Below, in pieces: positions 35,010-48,531 of a stretch of 64,000 nucleotides of DNA. Positions within the stretch are counted from its first letter, which is position 1. The number at the start of each line of letters is the position of its first letter. Below the pieces are notes generated by a model. It made no database searches and was not told the DNA's origin. It saw only the letters and a program-made list of their open reading frames with translations. A program made the translations under genes and the position numbers. This DNA is from Dipteris shenzhenensis (taxonomy: Eukaryota): NCBI GenBank assembly GCA_047967505.1, contig CM106538.1. One strand, written 5' to 3'.

Positions 35010-38000
35010 AGGAGTAAAGATCATGGGCCTAAACTATGGGTAAGAGGTCTCCCACTAATAAATGCTTTTGGACATCTCAAGATGACATTGGTCCACCTCA
35101 AATGTCTTCCTAATTCTTAAATATTAGGAAAAACTAATTTGGGGCCCTTCCGAGACCCCAGTTCTCCCCTAATGTATGTCTTATGGACATAAAATATATA
35201 GTTACAAGGCTTTTGCTATTCTTTGGAATAAGAGGCTTCCAAGTTTCTTCTCTATTTGAATTTATGTCTTCTATGAGCATTTTTTTCAATGTTTAAGTTT
35301 AAATACAAATGAAATAATTTTATATGATCTATAATGCTTTTATATTTATTTTTGTAAAATATTATGTCATTCTTCAAAGCAAGCTCTTTTGAAGCTTTGA
35401 AGCACTACAAGATGTGTGGGAGTTTTATACGTCAAAAATTTGTAAATGGGCATGGTCATGCAAGTTCCAACAACTTGTCCTCTCTTGTGATCCTTATTTA
35501 AGGACATAAAATTAGTATTCTTTTCACATAGTTGTTTCTTTGGTTAAAGCCTTCACTATGTACAACTATGTTTCCTTTCATAGCCTAGGTTTTGCCTTAT
35601 AACTATAAAATTATAGTATCTTAAAATAACTTTTCCATTTGGAAGGAATTTTAGGTTTGTCTAACAAAGAAAGAAAAGTTCAATATTAATGAAATACATG
35701 CTATAAAGTACTAGGCGAGAGGAAAATGCCGGATGCTCCACTTTGTCTCATAAATCTCAAATTCTTGTTCGCCAAGGCTAGGTATTAACGATTCTTTCTA
35801 AAGTGTGGCAAGGAGCCGCTTCATGGGGTCCATATAGTCCAAAAGGCTTAAAGGCATGCCCTATGCTCTCTTCTCCAATCGAAAGTTCGATTCGCTAGTT
35901 CACTATGCGAATTCCATGCTCTTCTCAAATCCAAAGTTGAACTTACTAGTTCACTCTAGTGGCGCTCGGCAATAAACTCTTCACTCTAATTCGCAAGGAG
36001 GACGCTTGTGCTGAGAAAGGTGGAGGTGGCAATATTTTGATTCGATCCAATGCATCCGATGGCACATATTGCCTAGATCTAATCTAATGGCGAGTATCCT
36101 CCAATGGTCATCCTTGTAAATATATTAATAGATGATACACAACCTTCAGAATGTCCGTCGCTCATGCCTGCCGTTGAGTCTGGACACTTCGTTGATATAT
36201 CCAAAGACGTCGGGGCTCTGAGGTCTAAATTAGCTGCATCCTCTCTCAAGTGAATAAACGATCCTTTCTGGCGAACGCCTGGACTCTGTATACTTGGGGA
36301 GAACGTGCCGTATAAACTAGGACATGAGATTTATTGTAGGAAACCACGCCTTCGTTCATTGGGCGAATCATTTCCAAGGTCGTAAAGTTGGCCGGCTTTG
36401 TTAAGTCAATGTCCTCGTTTTAAGTTTGCCATGTGGAGTGGTGACGAAAGTCCATGCTTCTCCTTTCCCACGGGTGGTGCACTGGTGATTGCAACAGATG
36501 TTGCTGATTGTGAACGCGTGCCGTCTGTAGCAGGTGGGGGAATCGGGATAGATAATTTTACATTTTGGAATTTGGCGTCGAAGTTAGAACGTTGCCTAGC
36601 ATCAATATCAAGGTAGCTGGCGTTGACTCTTGAATGGGACTCGTGAGGCCCAGGCTAACCCTTGCACTGCAGGCTGGGAGCTGAAGAGAAGCGCATTGGG
36701 CGAACTGATCGACTGCAATTTCTCCCAGCATAGCCTCACTCACGGAGTTCTCTATTCCTACAGTGTTTTGCCAGATATGATTTTACAGCGTTAAAATTCC
36801 ACAAAAGCCACGAGAAACTGTCAGTAATTTTCGAGGATTTCGGAGTGTTCCACTCTTTCAGGCTGTAAGAATGACAACGCTAAGTTTATCTCTCAAATAT
36901 GATTTCTATGAAGCATGAATTCGGTATGTTTCCGCTCCGGTGGTTGCAAGTTGCAACGATCAACGTTTAATTTTATTTTAACAGTGCAAATATGCAATAG
37001 CTGGCTAGTTGTCAACGTGCAGTTTATGATCATCCGAAACCGATCGGGTTCACAGGTCTTCCTTAGGAACTTACGTTTGGAAGTATTGTCCTCCCTCAAC
37101 TATGATAATAAAACGACTCAAAATGCCGAAGGGGCATTTAAGCTTTGACTCAGCGGGAAGCATATCCTTTCTAATAGCAGCAAAAAATCAAAATATGCTA
37201 CCTCACGCTCCGGTTCCAGTTCCAGCATAATGCCATGCAGCTTTGATTTCGGTAAACGCTTGCTACCATTGGAAGAAATAAATTAACGACATAAGTGGTA
37301 ACATCTATCTATAATAAATTAACGACACTAGGCGGTTACGACCATTGGAAAATATGGGCCGTTGGATTTAATCCAGTCAATGTGCACCCTTAGATTTGTA
37401 ATCAATGCCGATAATACATGTAGAAACCACCTCGGATCTATTTGATTTGCGAGGCATGGAGAGACTTTGTGATATCCGAAGCACATGACCTAAATTTGTC
37501 AGATTGATAGCCCTCTTGTTGGGGCTGAAGTTGGCAAAGATAGAGGAGCCTTGAGAGGGAGGACGAAGATATACCATTGATTTGATTAGGGATGTGATCT
37601 TCATCACTACACCGCCTTGTTGTTGACATGGATGATGATGTTGATAGTGTTGCATTCATCTTGGAGAGAATGATTGTGGGAACAAGGGAATCACGATCAA
37701 TGTAAAGACAAACTACCAAGCCCAAAAGCTTTGGGCAAGTTGAAAATCATAAGCATCTCGATCTTTTTCTCTTGTGTTAGACATAGTTTCCATTGGAGAT
37801 AACTTTGTTGATTAGCATCAAAACAATAGTTGCTAGAGGTTTCTACCGTCAACATACAAAAGAATGGCCTTCCATAGTCCAAAAAGCACATTTGTGATGA
37901 AGGTAACAAATCTTGTATGTAGATGAGGATGGTATTCAATGAGTTCCTTTACAATTAAGTGGTGAGTGTAGGCAAGCAATCTCTCAAAGACATGCCACTT

Positions 38001-38994
38001 GGGCATTTATCTATGTTTAACAACTACGGGCTCATCATTCCATGTGGAATCAAATATCTAATCAAAGCATGTTCTTGATATTGGACAATGTTTCAAGCAA
38101 TACCTATATCGATTTGATAGAGAATGCTAGAAATTCTCACATTGTAGTCTCATCCAAAAGGTATGTTCAATGCAAGGGATAAAGACATGATGTCGAGAGA
38201 TCTATTCCATAAGCTACTATTTAGCCCCAAGTCATAGAATTTTATGACTTTTGTGACCATCATTGTGTTATCATTCTCATGGCTTTTATCCATGGCATGT
38301 TGAGACAGATGAAGAAGAGATGATAGACATACTGTATAGACTCCCAAAGATTGATTCACAACAAGACAAAGCACCCATAGACGCGCACACAAATGCGTTT
38401 ACTGAACTTAAAAAAAAACTTACGGGTGCATCTATTTGCGCATCTATTTTCGCATCTAGAGACCTGCGTCTAATAGCACGTCTATATAGCAGACAGACAC
38501 GTGTATAGACGCGCATCTAGACGCGTAAATAGACGCTTTGCTAAAAAATCTAAAAAACAGACAGATGCATCGTTAAACGCGTGTAGAGACGTGTTTATAA
38601 ATGGTCTTATAGACGTGTTTATAGATGCACAAATAAATGCTTCTTGAATAGACACACACGTATATAGATGCGTTTATAGACGCACTGATAGACACGCTAC
38701 ATAATATATTTTTGAAAATTTACAGAATGCTGTGTATGTTGTGTATGCTATATGGTTACAAGAATCCCATTTCCACATTGTGTAATTCAATTCTTACAGC
38801 CAACCGCATTTTAATTACAATTCCAAATAAAACATTACAACTCCAAAATGCAATAAAATTGAAAGCTCAAAAAGTGCTTATATGTACATATAGCACGAAG
38901 CTAAGCCACGTCATGTGGCTTCAAGTACAAAAAATAAGAGGAGTGTATATACAAGAGGCACGAAGCCAAGCTAGTGGCTTTAAGTACAAAAAAG

Positions 38995-41900
38995 AGTAGC
39001 TAGCACTACTTCTACGACTAATCCTTGCTCCTTTCCACGCTCCCTTCTGCGCTCCCTTCTTTGCCTCCTTCCTCGTCTTCTTCCTCGTCTTCTTGTGTAG
39101 GGACCTGTAAACAAGGGACAACATATATCAATGTATAAAAAATCAAATCTTTACTTATAATATTGAAATTATTCAATTACTTTCAAATACCTTGGGGGCC
39201 GCTCCAGTAGCCTGGATATACTGCTCCTAAGTAATCAACTCGTCATGATAGAAGTGCCTCCATGTATCTCCGTTGCGATGGTGGCGGTGGTAGGCTGTCT
39301 CGACAGGAGTAGGGTATCTGCCCATGATATCAAACTGTGAGATGACACAATTTGTGGAGGGGTTAGTACAAAGAAACAACCTCCTAATAAACTACATAAG
39401 CAATATAATTTGAGATCCATACTTACAAATTGGGCCTCCCATGAATCAACACCCCCTGCTCCAAAATGCATGCTTCCATATTGCTCCATCTGGATCCTTC
39501 ATGCCTCCACGTGCTGCAGACTGGGGTCCTCCCTCGCTGACTTCATTGCTTTCTTTCACTCACGCTTGTGAGCGGTGTGGGACGGGCCCCTTGGTGGTTG
39601 ACCTCCCTCGAGCCTGGCAAGCTCCGCTAGTGCCTGCCTCTTAAGCGAAGATCTTTTATTGCCAAGTATCCTGACTTGGCCCATTTATCTGTGAACTGAC
39701 GATTAAGGGGGTTAGGATACCTAGAGTGAACAGTAGCGAGGGTCTCATCAGCCAACCTCTTTGGCTGATCTTTGTAGTGGATAAAGCAATCTTTGTAATT
39801 GTTAGCAATTACAGAGCGCATGAAGGCCATGATGTCCTTCCCTCATGCATCCATCAAGATGCCTCCTGTCTGAGTGATGTCATAGAATATTGTACCATCA
39901 CCTGGAGGCACGTCTAAATCATCTGAATCATCATCGTCCGTACCACCACCCCTCCCAAAGCACTGTGCCATGCATCCCCCACCGCTCTCCCTGCTACTAC
40001 CCTTGCTACCGTATCGTGTCGAGCTAGTATGCTGGCCACTCATAGCTGGAGACTGCACGGGATACGTGGACCACTCGTAGCTAGAGAACTGAGTCTCAAC
40101 CTGTACGCCGACGGCTCTGCAAGACAGAAGGGCCTCCTGACGTCATGGGGGAAGGGGCATAAGACGGCATGGCAGAAGGGGCATAAGACGGCATGAGGGA
40201 AGGGGCATAAGATGGTATGGGAGATAGGCCCGCGCTATGTAGCCGGCTAGACTGTGCTGACTCCGCTGGGGTAATCTCAGCTAGTGTGAGGTGGTTTGGA
40301 GTTTGTAGTGCCGACTCCTAGGGGGTGTTTAGAGTACCCATCATATACCTGTATAACTCCGCAGGACTAGGAGTGTTGAGATATGGTGCCATGAGCACAT
40401 AGATTAAAGGGCTAAGGTATGTGCTAAGGAAAGAATTAAAGTAGCCACCCTAGGATGTGGACTACATGATGTGGAGATGTGGATTGAGGATATCCACAAG
40501 GAGAGATGTGGATGAGAGGATCCCACAAGTGTTGACTATTCAAAGGGCACTCTCTATATAAGAATCCTATCATGTATTGTTGTGAACACACATTGCAAGA
40601 GATATAGATTTGCAATCTCCCTCTCATGCTTTATTTAGTGTGCTTTGAGCCTCCTTAGTTCTTCTACTGATCTTGTGTACACTAGGCTTGGTGGCGATCA
40701 TATCTTGGCTCTTTGACATGGTATCAGAGCATAGGTTTAGCTCTCCTAGTTTAGCTCATTAGTAGTTCACTAAGATTGCTCCCATTCCTTGATTAGTTTT
40801 AGAATGTAAGATTAGTTTTAGATCTCAAGAGTTCTTCATTTAGAGAGTTCAATTCATTGTGAGCTTTAGTGTTCCTTATTCTGTGTGAGAGAGAGAGTCC
40901 CTTGAGTATTTTCTTTGAGAGATATATTGTGTGTGTGAGTTTCTTGAAGTGAGAATTCTTGTAAGGTTCATTCTTCCTGAGTGGTCCTTTTGCTCATTGA
41001 GAGAGAAAGATATCTCTATTGTTCTTCTCCAAGAGAAAGAGAGGGAGATACTCTAAAGGCTATGACCTATAGTTATGATCTGCATCTACCTAAAGCTACA
41101 TAGCCAATGTTGGCCTCTCCATCAACTAACAAAAGAAAAGAGCTGTAGCCTCCAAATGGCTTGAATGACTTCAACAAGTGCCTCTTGGTCTTCACACAGC
41201 TGTAACGAACTATCTGGCAGCCCCTATGCGCCAAGCTCCCACACAATGGATTAGCTACACCAACTAGCTATGCAAAGGTCGTTTGAAGGCTACATCTGCA
41301 TAGAAATGATCTCTTGGCTCCTACACCAAGCTTCAATGCTCAAGCTTCTCCACTCGGATGCCACCTTCTACAACGTCCTCTAGCCTGCAGACTAGCTTCT
41401 AAATCGACAACAATGCTGTCCAATGACCCACATCTTCGAAGGTAATGGCTGCTTCTTCGGCTTGCATAGGAGACAGCAACTCAACTCCAATCACCAGGTG
41501 ATTCACCCCAACACAACGAGCTCCATTGCAACCCTCGAAGACCCACCTCCAAGCCTCGCCACTTCCACCACCTCTCGTCTTTCCAACAACGAAACTTTTG
41601 CCCATGCCCGAAGGAATCTACTAGCAACTTGGAGCTCTCCAAATTGCATTAGCCTCTTGATTGCTAGTATTGTTGACTCGAAGGAACCACGGCTTAGAAA
41701 AAGCTCCTTGCTGAAGCCACGAGTTGCTTTGCTCAACTCCCTGTGGCTATAATGACGAGGATCGATATCGATGAAATTTGAGTAGATGAATTCCCTTTGG
41801 AGCCGCTATGGTTTCTTCCAATGTAGTATGAACGCCATGGCTACCCTACTACAAGCAACTGCAAGAGTGGTTGTGATGAGAGCTGCAATTAAGAAGGCCT

Positions 41901-43290
41901 TTTGTTTACAAGATCTGCAATGAAGAGGAGCAATACTTGTAGTATTGAAAGCAGCAGGTGATAGAAATTCATTGGGAACTGGTGAAGAAGATGGGCCATT
42001 GTGTTGTTCATTGGGAGCTGCTGGCAAAGGAGACGGGGTGAATGAAGCACTGATCCAAAATCAAAGATTTGAAGGCGGTGACTCCACAAGCCTCACGAGA
42101 TCCACAGACATCCCCGTCGCACTTGCATCACATATTTCCACGAAGGTTTCATAACCTTCGGCCACGTGGCAGATAGGGATGGTCATGTTAACCGTGGTTA
42201 GTTTCCACTTTACCAGTGGTCAGTAGAGTGCCACATGGCACACATGCTTATCATGACATGTGTCATACAGTGCCACCCAGGCACAGTCCCTTGCTAAGCA
42301 CAATGTGAGTGCAGCATGTGAATCGCTCTTCCACATCATCAAAGGCTCTCTTCTTCACAGAACCTTTGACAAGCCGTAACTTCCAATCCATGAAGAATTT
42401 GGACATGCTCCAAAAAGGAAAAATGATCGTCTTTCCGAGCTCTACGTGCTTGTTGGATCAGAATCATTGTTAGCAATTAGACACTACCAATATTGAAAGA
42501 AATGAATTGGTAAGACCTTTGCAACAAATGGAAAAGCAAAGCATGAATGCAGACATTGCTGTCATAAGCATGCCAAAAGCACAAGTGCATGAGATGACCA
42601 TAGCAGAAAGCATGGCATCCACACATAAAGAATTAAAGCACATGGAAGAACAAAGCATCATGCATCAAGCTACGAAGCGAACGTCATTGACATGAAGCAT
42701 TGAAAAGTAAAATCCTTTCCACCTACAGCCCATATGTTTGTAATCAACCTGATCACCTGAGAGTAGCTATGAAAGCACCCAGGGGAGGTATTGACATGTA
42801 ACTCACATCTGACCACCTTGCAGTAGCCAAAGGATTATGGCACCAAGAGGAGGTGTTGAGATATGGTGCCATGAGCACATAGATTAAAGGGCTAAGGTAT
42901 GTGCTAAGGAAAGAATTAAAGTAGCCACCCTAGGATGTGGATTACATGATGTGGAGATGTGGATTGAGGATATCCACAAGGAGAGATGTGGATGAGAGGA
43001 TCCCACAAGTGTTGACTATTCAAAGGGCACTCTCTATATAAGAAGCCTATCATGTATTGTTGTGAACACACATTGCAAGAGATATAGATTTGCAATCTCC
43101 CTCTCATGCTTTATTTAGTGTGCTTTAAGCCTCCTTAGTTCTTCTACTGATCTTGTGTGCACTAGGCTTAGTGGCGATCACATCTTGGCTCTTTGACAAG
43201 GAGGGTGCCCTAAAAGGTTATATAAGTCCTTAAAAATAGACTCCCGGAGATCAGGTGAGCCCGAAGAGCTTCCTGGCCACATGATGAACT
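38995..43290 (-). pseudogene. Second CACTA ORF (putative TnpA-like), divergent from the transposase and interrupted by the LTR insertion
   Basis: Fragments 39843..40058, 39627..39830, 39235..39489, 38921..39124; candidate intron ~39105-39190; no diagnostic domain recognised. Confidence 0.45.
40374..43198 (+). mobile_element. Non-coding LTR retrotransposon related to the gag-only element at 10844
   Basis: 345-bp LTRs 40374-40718 and 42854-43198, TSD AGGAG, PBS 40719-40730, PPT aagaggagg; internal blocks homologous to 12190-12450 and 13300-13422. Confidence 0.95.
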
Positions 43291-44099
43291 GGAAGAAAGA
43301 AAAAAAGACGATTATTGATGAGCTGAGAGGAAAGGGGAAGGAAAGAAAAGATTACTGTCGGAGCGCATCTATAGATGCATCTGAGAAGTGCGTCTATTTT
43401 TGCATATAATAGTGTATCTATCTGTGTCTGCACACAAGCTAGACGTGCCTGTAGATGCAGTTTTAGACGCGCTCTGAGACATGCCTATAGACGCGCTCCG
43501 ACAGACGGACTTTTCTAAAAAGTAGAAAAGGACATGCGCCTGGCACAAAAATGTAACACTAATACCCAAATCATGCGTTTCTTGGATACGAGAAAGTACA
43601 AATCCAAAGAGAGCAAACTTTCAAAAAAGATCAACTGCAAAAAGACTTACCTTGGATAGAGGTATGGAAGGTTCTTCTCCTTTTTCAAAGTTGCTTCTCT
43701 TCCTTGTTATCCCTCTTCTCCTTTAAGCTTGGAAGTAAGTGTGGGTGCCTTCATCTTAAGTGTAAGCTTGGAAGTAAGTGTGGGTGCCTTTCTCTTAAGC
43801 ATCGAAATTATGGATCTGCTAATAGCAAAGCAAGCAAGCCGCACGAAGTATAAGTAATGTGAAGAAAAGCAAAGCGAGCGCGCTAAAAGCAGATTTAAAA
43901 GCTGCATCTATAGGCGCGTCTAATAGTGCATCTATACACGCATCTAAATACACAGAGCAGACGTGGTTTTAGACACATTTGTAGATGTGCACCATAGAAC
44001 AAACAGATGTGGTTTTAGACGCGCCTTTAGACGCACCACAGAGTTTAAAATTAAATATTTGAAGAAAAGCAAAATTTTTTGGGTTGTTTGTTTGTAGGA

Positions 44100-47000
44100 T
44101 GTCTTCATCTTCAACAAGTAGCTCTAGTGAGGATGAATCCCTCCATATCCACCATCGCGAAATGTGGTTAGAACAAAAGTCAAATGTTTGTGTGATCGAT
44201 GTCGAGGAAACATGTATCGTGCACACAGGATTACACTCAATCACAACTCAAAGTATGGAGAATGGGATGCGACCGTAAACATGGTAAGTGTTAAAGAGTT
44301 AAGGTTGATTGAGATACCTATGGGTGTTCATATGTTTGACTTATGATCCCGTTTTAATTTGATATAGGATGCAGCCCCACACCCACATATGTTGCCCTAT
44401 GCTCGCCGCAAGGAGGCGAAGTGTCAATGATATGAGGTGGGATCTTCAAGAGGGACCATTACGGATGCATGGAGTGATGGTGATAGTAGCCCTCTGCCAT
44501 TACCTCATGAAGCCGTGGAGGAGGAGGTGTTTGATGATATGGTGCAGGATTTATATGTCCATCAAGGGAGGGATGATAGCATGGAGTAGGATGATCTTTT
44601 TACTGCAGCATCGACTCCACTGTTTGAGGGGTGCACATTCTCTATTCTACGTGCCTCCCTTGAGTTACTAAACTTGCAAACCATCTATGGATGGAGCAAT
44701 GCAAGTTTGAATGCATTACTTAAGCTTTAAAGTCTATTTTGCAAACATGGTGAATTATGCTAGTGGGTTAATTACTCGAAAGCTTTTCCTCATTTATGGT
44801 CTTCACGTGCACGCTATTGTGTAAAATGCTTCCAAGGGAGAATAAATTACCTACCTCAAGAGATATGGTAAGGCAACATGTGACCTCTCTTGGAGAATTA
44901 GATTCCAAGCACATCCATGCATGTGTCAACGATTGCGTTTTGTTTCAGGGACTACATAAGGATGCAAGAGAGTGCCCTACTTGTGGAGAGGCAAGATATA
45001 GAGAAGATCTCAAAACTTTGGACGTGCCTCATAAGGTTCTGTGACATTTTCCCATAATCCCTCGCATCCAACATATGTTCAAGTGCAAATCCATTGCAGA
45101 GCTGATGTCATGGCATTCCTCCCAATGGCAAGTGGAGAACTCCCGCAGACTCTCCTGCGTGGAAGCATATTGAAGACACATGGCCAAGCTTCAAGGAAGA
45201 ACCTAGGAGCTTGAGACTTGGATTGGTTATGGATGATGTGAACCCATTTGGTCTCAAAAGCACCTCTTACAGTGTATGGCTAGTGATATTGGTGAATTAT
45301 AATCTTCCACCCTCTATGGCTATTAAGAAAGGACATGTTATGCTGTCCCTTCTGAAAGTCGAAAATCTTGATGTTTATTTGGAGCCTTTGGTTAACGAGC
45401 TAGAGATACTTTGGAGAGGTATCGAGGTGCATGATGTGAGTAGGCCTCCCTCATCACGAGACTTCAACTGCAAAGAAGTCTTGATGTGGACGATGCATGA
45501 CTTCTCAGGCTATGGCGAGTATTCAGGTAAGCATTGCACTTCTAATTATGAATAGGCAAAGGATGTGGCACCCTAAACCCACCTTCAACTCTTAATTGCA
45601 TCTATTGTTCAGGTCTCACTACATCAGGTTACCATGCATGTCCTGTTTGTGGTCCTTCGCTAGTTGCCTCATGGGTAGACGCATTGAATAAGGTCATCTA
45701 TGAGAATCACCATCGATTTCTCCCACCTGATCATCCTAGATATGTTGCCCCTTGGAATGAAGTCCTCCCACAATCACTCACCGCGGGAGATTCGATGAGA
45801 ATTTGGGATGGTTCCATGACTCCTCCACCACTTGTAAGCATTTGTAACTATTGTGTGCTATATTGGCTGGAAATAAAGATTACCCACTAACACTTTATTT
45901 TGTTTAGATACTCCATCTTTTATCGTTTACCATATTGGTCCCACCTCAAGATCAATCACCTGCTTGATCCCATGCATATCTTCAAGAATGTGGCATCTAC
46001 CATTTGGGAGCATTTGAATGGGACACGAGATTCTGTAGGCATAAGGGAGGATCTATGTACCACAGGGAGGATGTGTGAAGCTTGGCCACAAGAGAGACCA
46101 AATGGGTGTGTTTTTTAACCTCGTGCAGCGTGCTATTACTACAATTTGTACTCCCACTGGATGCATGAGGTGTTTGAAGGGAGCCTTTACAAAGAGCAAG
46201 AAAAGAGGTGTAGAGCAATTATATAGCTTGAAATCTCATGATTGGCACAAGATGCTCCAAGTAAGTATTTTATGTGCATAATATCTTTTTCCTTTCAAAT
46301 TTGTGAGTGAATAATTATAAGCAACTAATCAACCACCTCCTTGTGGGTTCAGTTCATACTACCTACTAGCCTTTCACGTAGTGCATCGAAGGACGTGAAA
46401 GATTGTATTTACAAGATGGGCGAGCTTGTGAGGTACTTTACATGATACAAAATATGATGCGTATCAATGCTCCATTCAAGGTGTTCATATTGCTAATATG
46501 GTGTACTTTTTCATTTCTAGGTATGTAAGCTCAAAGGAAATAGATCCCAACATGCTTGAGAATGCTCGAGTTATGTCAGTGGAGGTGGTTTGTTTATGGA
46601 GGAGACATTTCCACGTTCTATTCTCACGAGCCAACTACATCTTATAGTGCATTTGGTGGATGAGATTGCTATATGCAGTGCTATACATGCACGATGGTTG
46701 TTCTTCCCCGAGCACTTCATGAAGACCTTGAAGGGCTTCATGAGACAAAATGCAAGACCCGAAGGTAGCATGGCCGAGGGTTGGTTGGTACAAGAGTCAC
46801 TTGTATATATTTCTGAGTTTCTTGTTAATGTGGATGGCTCTCTCCCATGACTATGGAGAGATGATGAAGACCTAAGGATGACCTCTATTGTGCCTCAAGG
46901 GAAAGGATGCAACAAAGTAATAGACATAGAGTTGCATAATAGTATCAACCTCTATTGCGTGCTTAATAGTGATGTGATGAAAAGATGGGTGACAAGATAC

Positions 47001-48068
47001 AAGGATGCAAAGGCAAGAAGACAAGAAGAAAGGGGCCTCTTTTGTACACACTACGGATCTCGTGTGCCATACCGTCAGTATCTAAGAGCACTTCCAAAGG
47101 ATATTCATGTGGATTGGCTACTTGATGAAATGGAGAAAGCAGAGAAAGACGAGGGGATGCATATCACAATGGAAGAATGGGAGTATGCTAGGGGATGCGT
47201 GAGCAAGGTCGGTATATAGAATGTTATGCATAATTTAGGAGCTTTCAATAATTTAGATTTCTTATTTAATTGATTTTTTCTTGGTGTAGTGCACTATCTT
47301 CAATGCCATATGGTGTGAGGGCAAGCATTTTCGAACACAACGGATTGATGATAAGAGAAACACACAAGATTGCGGCATCATTGCTAGATTTGAGGGAGCC
47401 GATGGAGCCATGGATGATTATTGCGGCATAATCGAAGATATTATTAAGCTTGACTTTCGACGCTTCTTTGTGTATGTTTTGGATGTAAACTAGTTTAAGG
47501 ATGTGGTGGAAAGAGGCCCTAATGCAACAATCAAACGCCATGCAAGTGGCTTTGTAACTATTGACTCCACAAAGTTTTGGCAAAGTAGGAAGGACACACT
47601 AGTACTACCGCAACAATGTGAACAGGTACTGTGCACACATATAACAATACTCACTTTTAAATATTTGATGCAAGGAAAATAACATGATTGTATTTGTGTT
47701 TGAATTAGGTTGTCTATCAACCAATGGTGGATAATAATAGATGGTGGCATGTCATACCTATTATGCCACGTTCCAAAGTGATGTATAGTACATTTACTAA
47801 TATGGAGCATATGGAGGATGATCATGGCCATGGATGTGATGATGACCGTGATACGAGAGAGGAGGATGATCATGAGATAGGAGATACAGATATTGAGGAC
47901 ATTACCCGTGAGGACGAGCCTACCATTGGTGATGCTGATTTCGATGAGCACATGAGTAGCACAAGTTGTAGTGGGTTGAATGTATTTATAGATCTAAACA
48001 CTTGTTTTGATTTTGAAGTAGATATTTTGGCAATGGTTGATCTCATTGAGGATGAGATTGAACCGTAG
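44100..48068 (+). pseudogene. tnpD: CACTA Tnp2/TnpD transposase (Transposase_21, DUF4218/DUF4216-like), intron-containing, decayed
   Basis: IHACVNDCVLF..CPTCGEARY, DSPAWKHI, RLGL..D.VNPFG, NYNLPP, LPYW..L.INHLLDPMHIFKNV, LKSHDWH, HLIVHLVDE, RPEGSMAEGW. Confidence 0.95.
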
Positions 48069-48531
48069 CCCATGATTGATATTGGCAAAACTATTTTACA
48101 TATTGTCTCATTCTCCTCACCTCACTTAATTCTTGTATATGTGGGCTTGCAAAAAAGCATTGATGTTTTTGTTAAAATTAGGTGCTTTGGTAATCATGGG
48201 CAATATTTGGAAAGCAATGATGTACACCAAAATCTCACTTTCTGTATTCTCTATTTTGCATCTAAATATGCGTCTAATTCTCAGTGTAAATGTGCTAATA
48301 GATGCGCTAATATACGCACAAATAGACACGCTGATAAACGTAATGTTAGATGGGCCCATATTTTCTCAGTGTAGATGCGTAAATAGACGTGTTAATACAC
48401 ATGCAAATAGATGAGCTGTCAGAATCGTGATTAGATGCACCCATAATTTCTCTATTCAGGCAACGCCTATAGACGCGCTCGCTATTTTGCGCATCTACCA
48501 AGCGTGTCTATAGCTGCTTTGTGTTGTTGTG

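Larger units (their letters stand above)
38357..48531 (+). mobile_element. CACTA/EnSpm DNA transposon, complete ends (CACAA variant), containing nested LTR element 40374-43198
   Basis: TIRs cacaacaagacaaagcacccataga / rc cacaacaacacaaagcagctataga; 3-bp TSD ATT (38354-38356, 48532-48534); TAGACGCG-like subterminal repeats; Tnp2 transposase. Confidence 0.93.
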
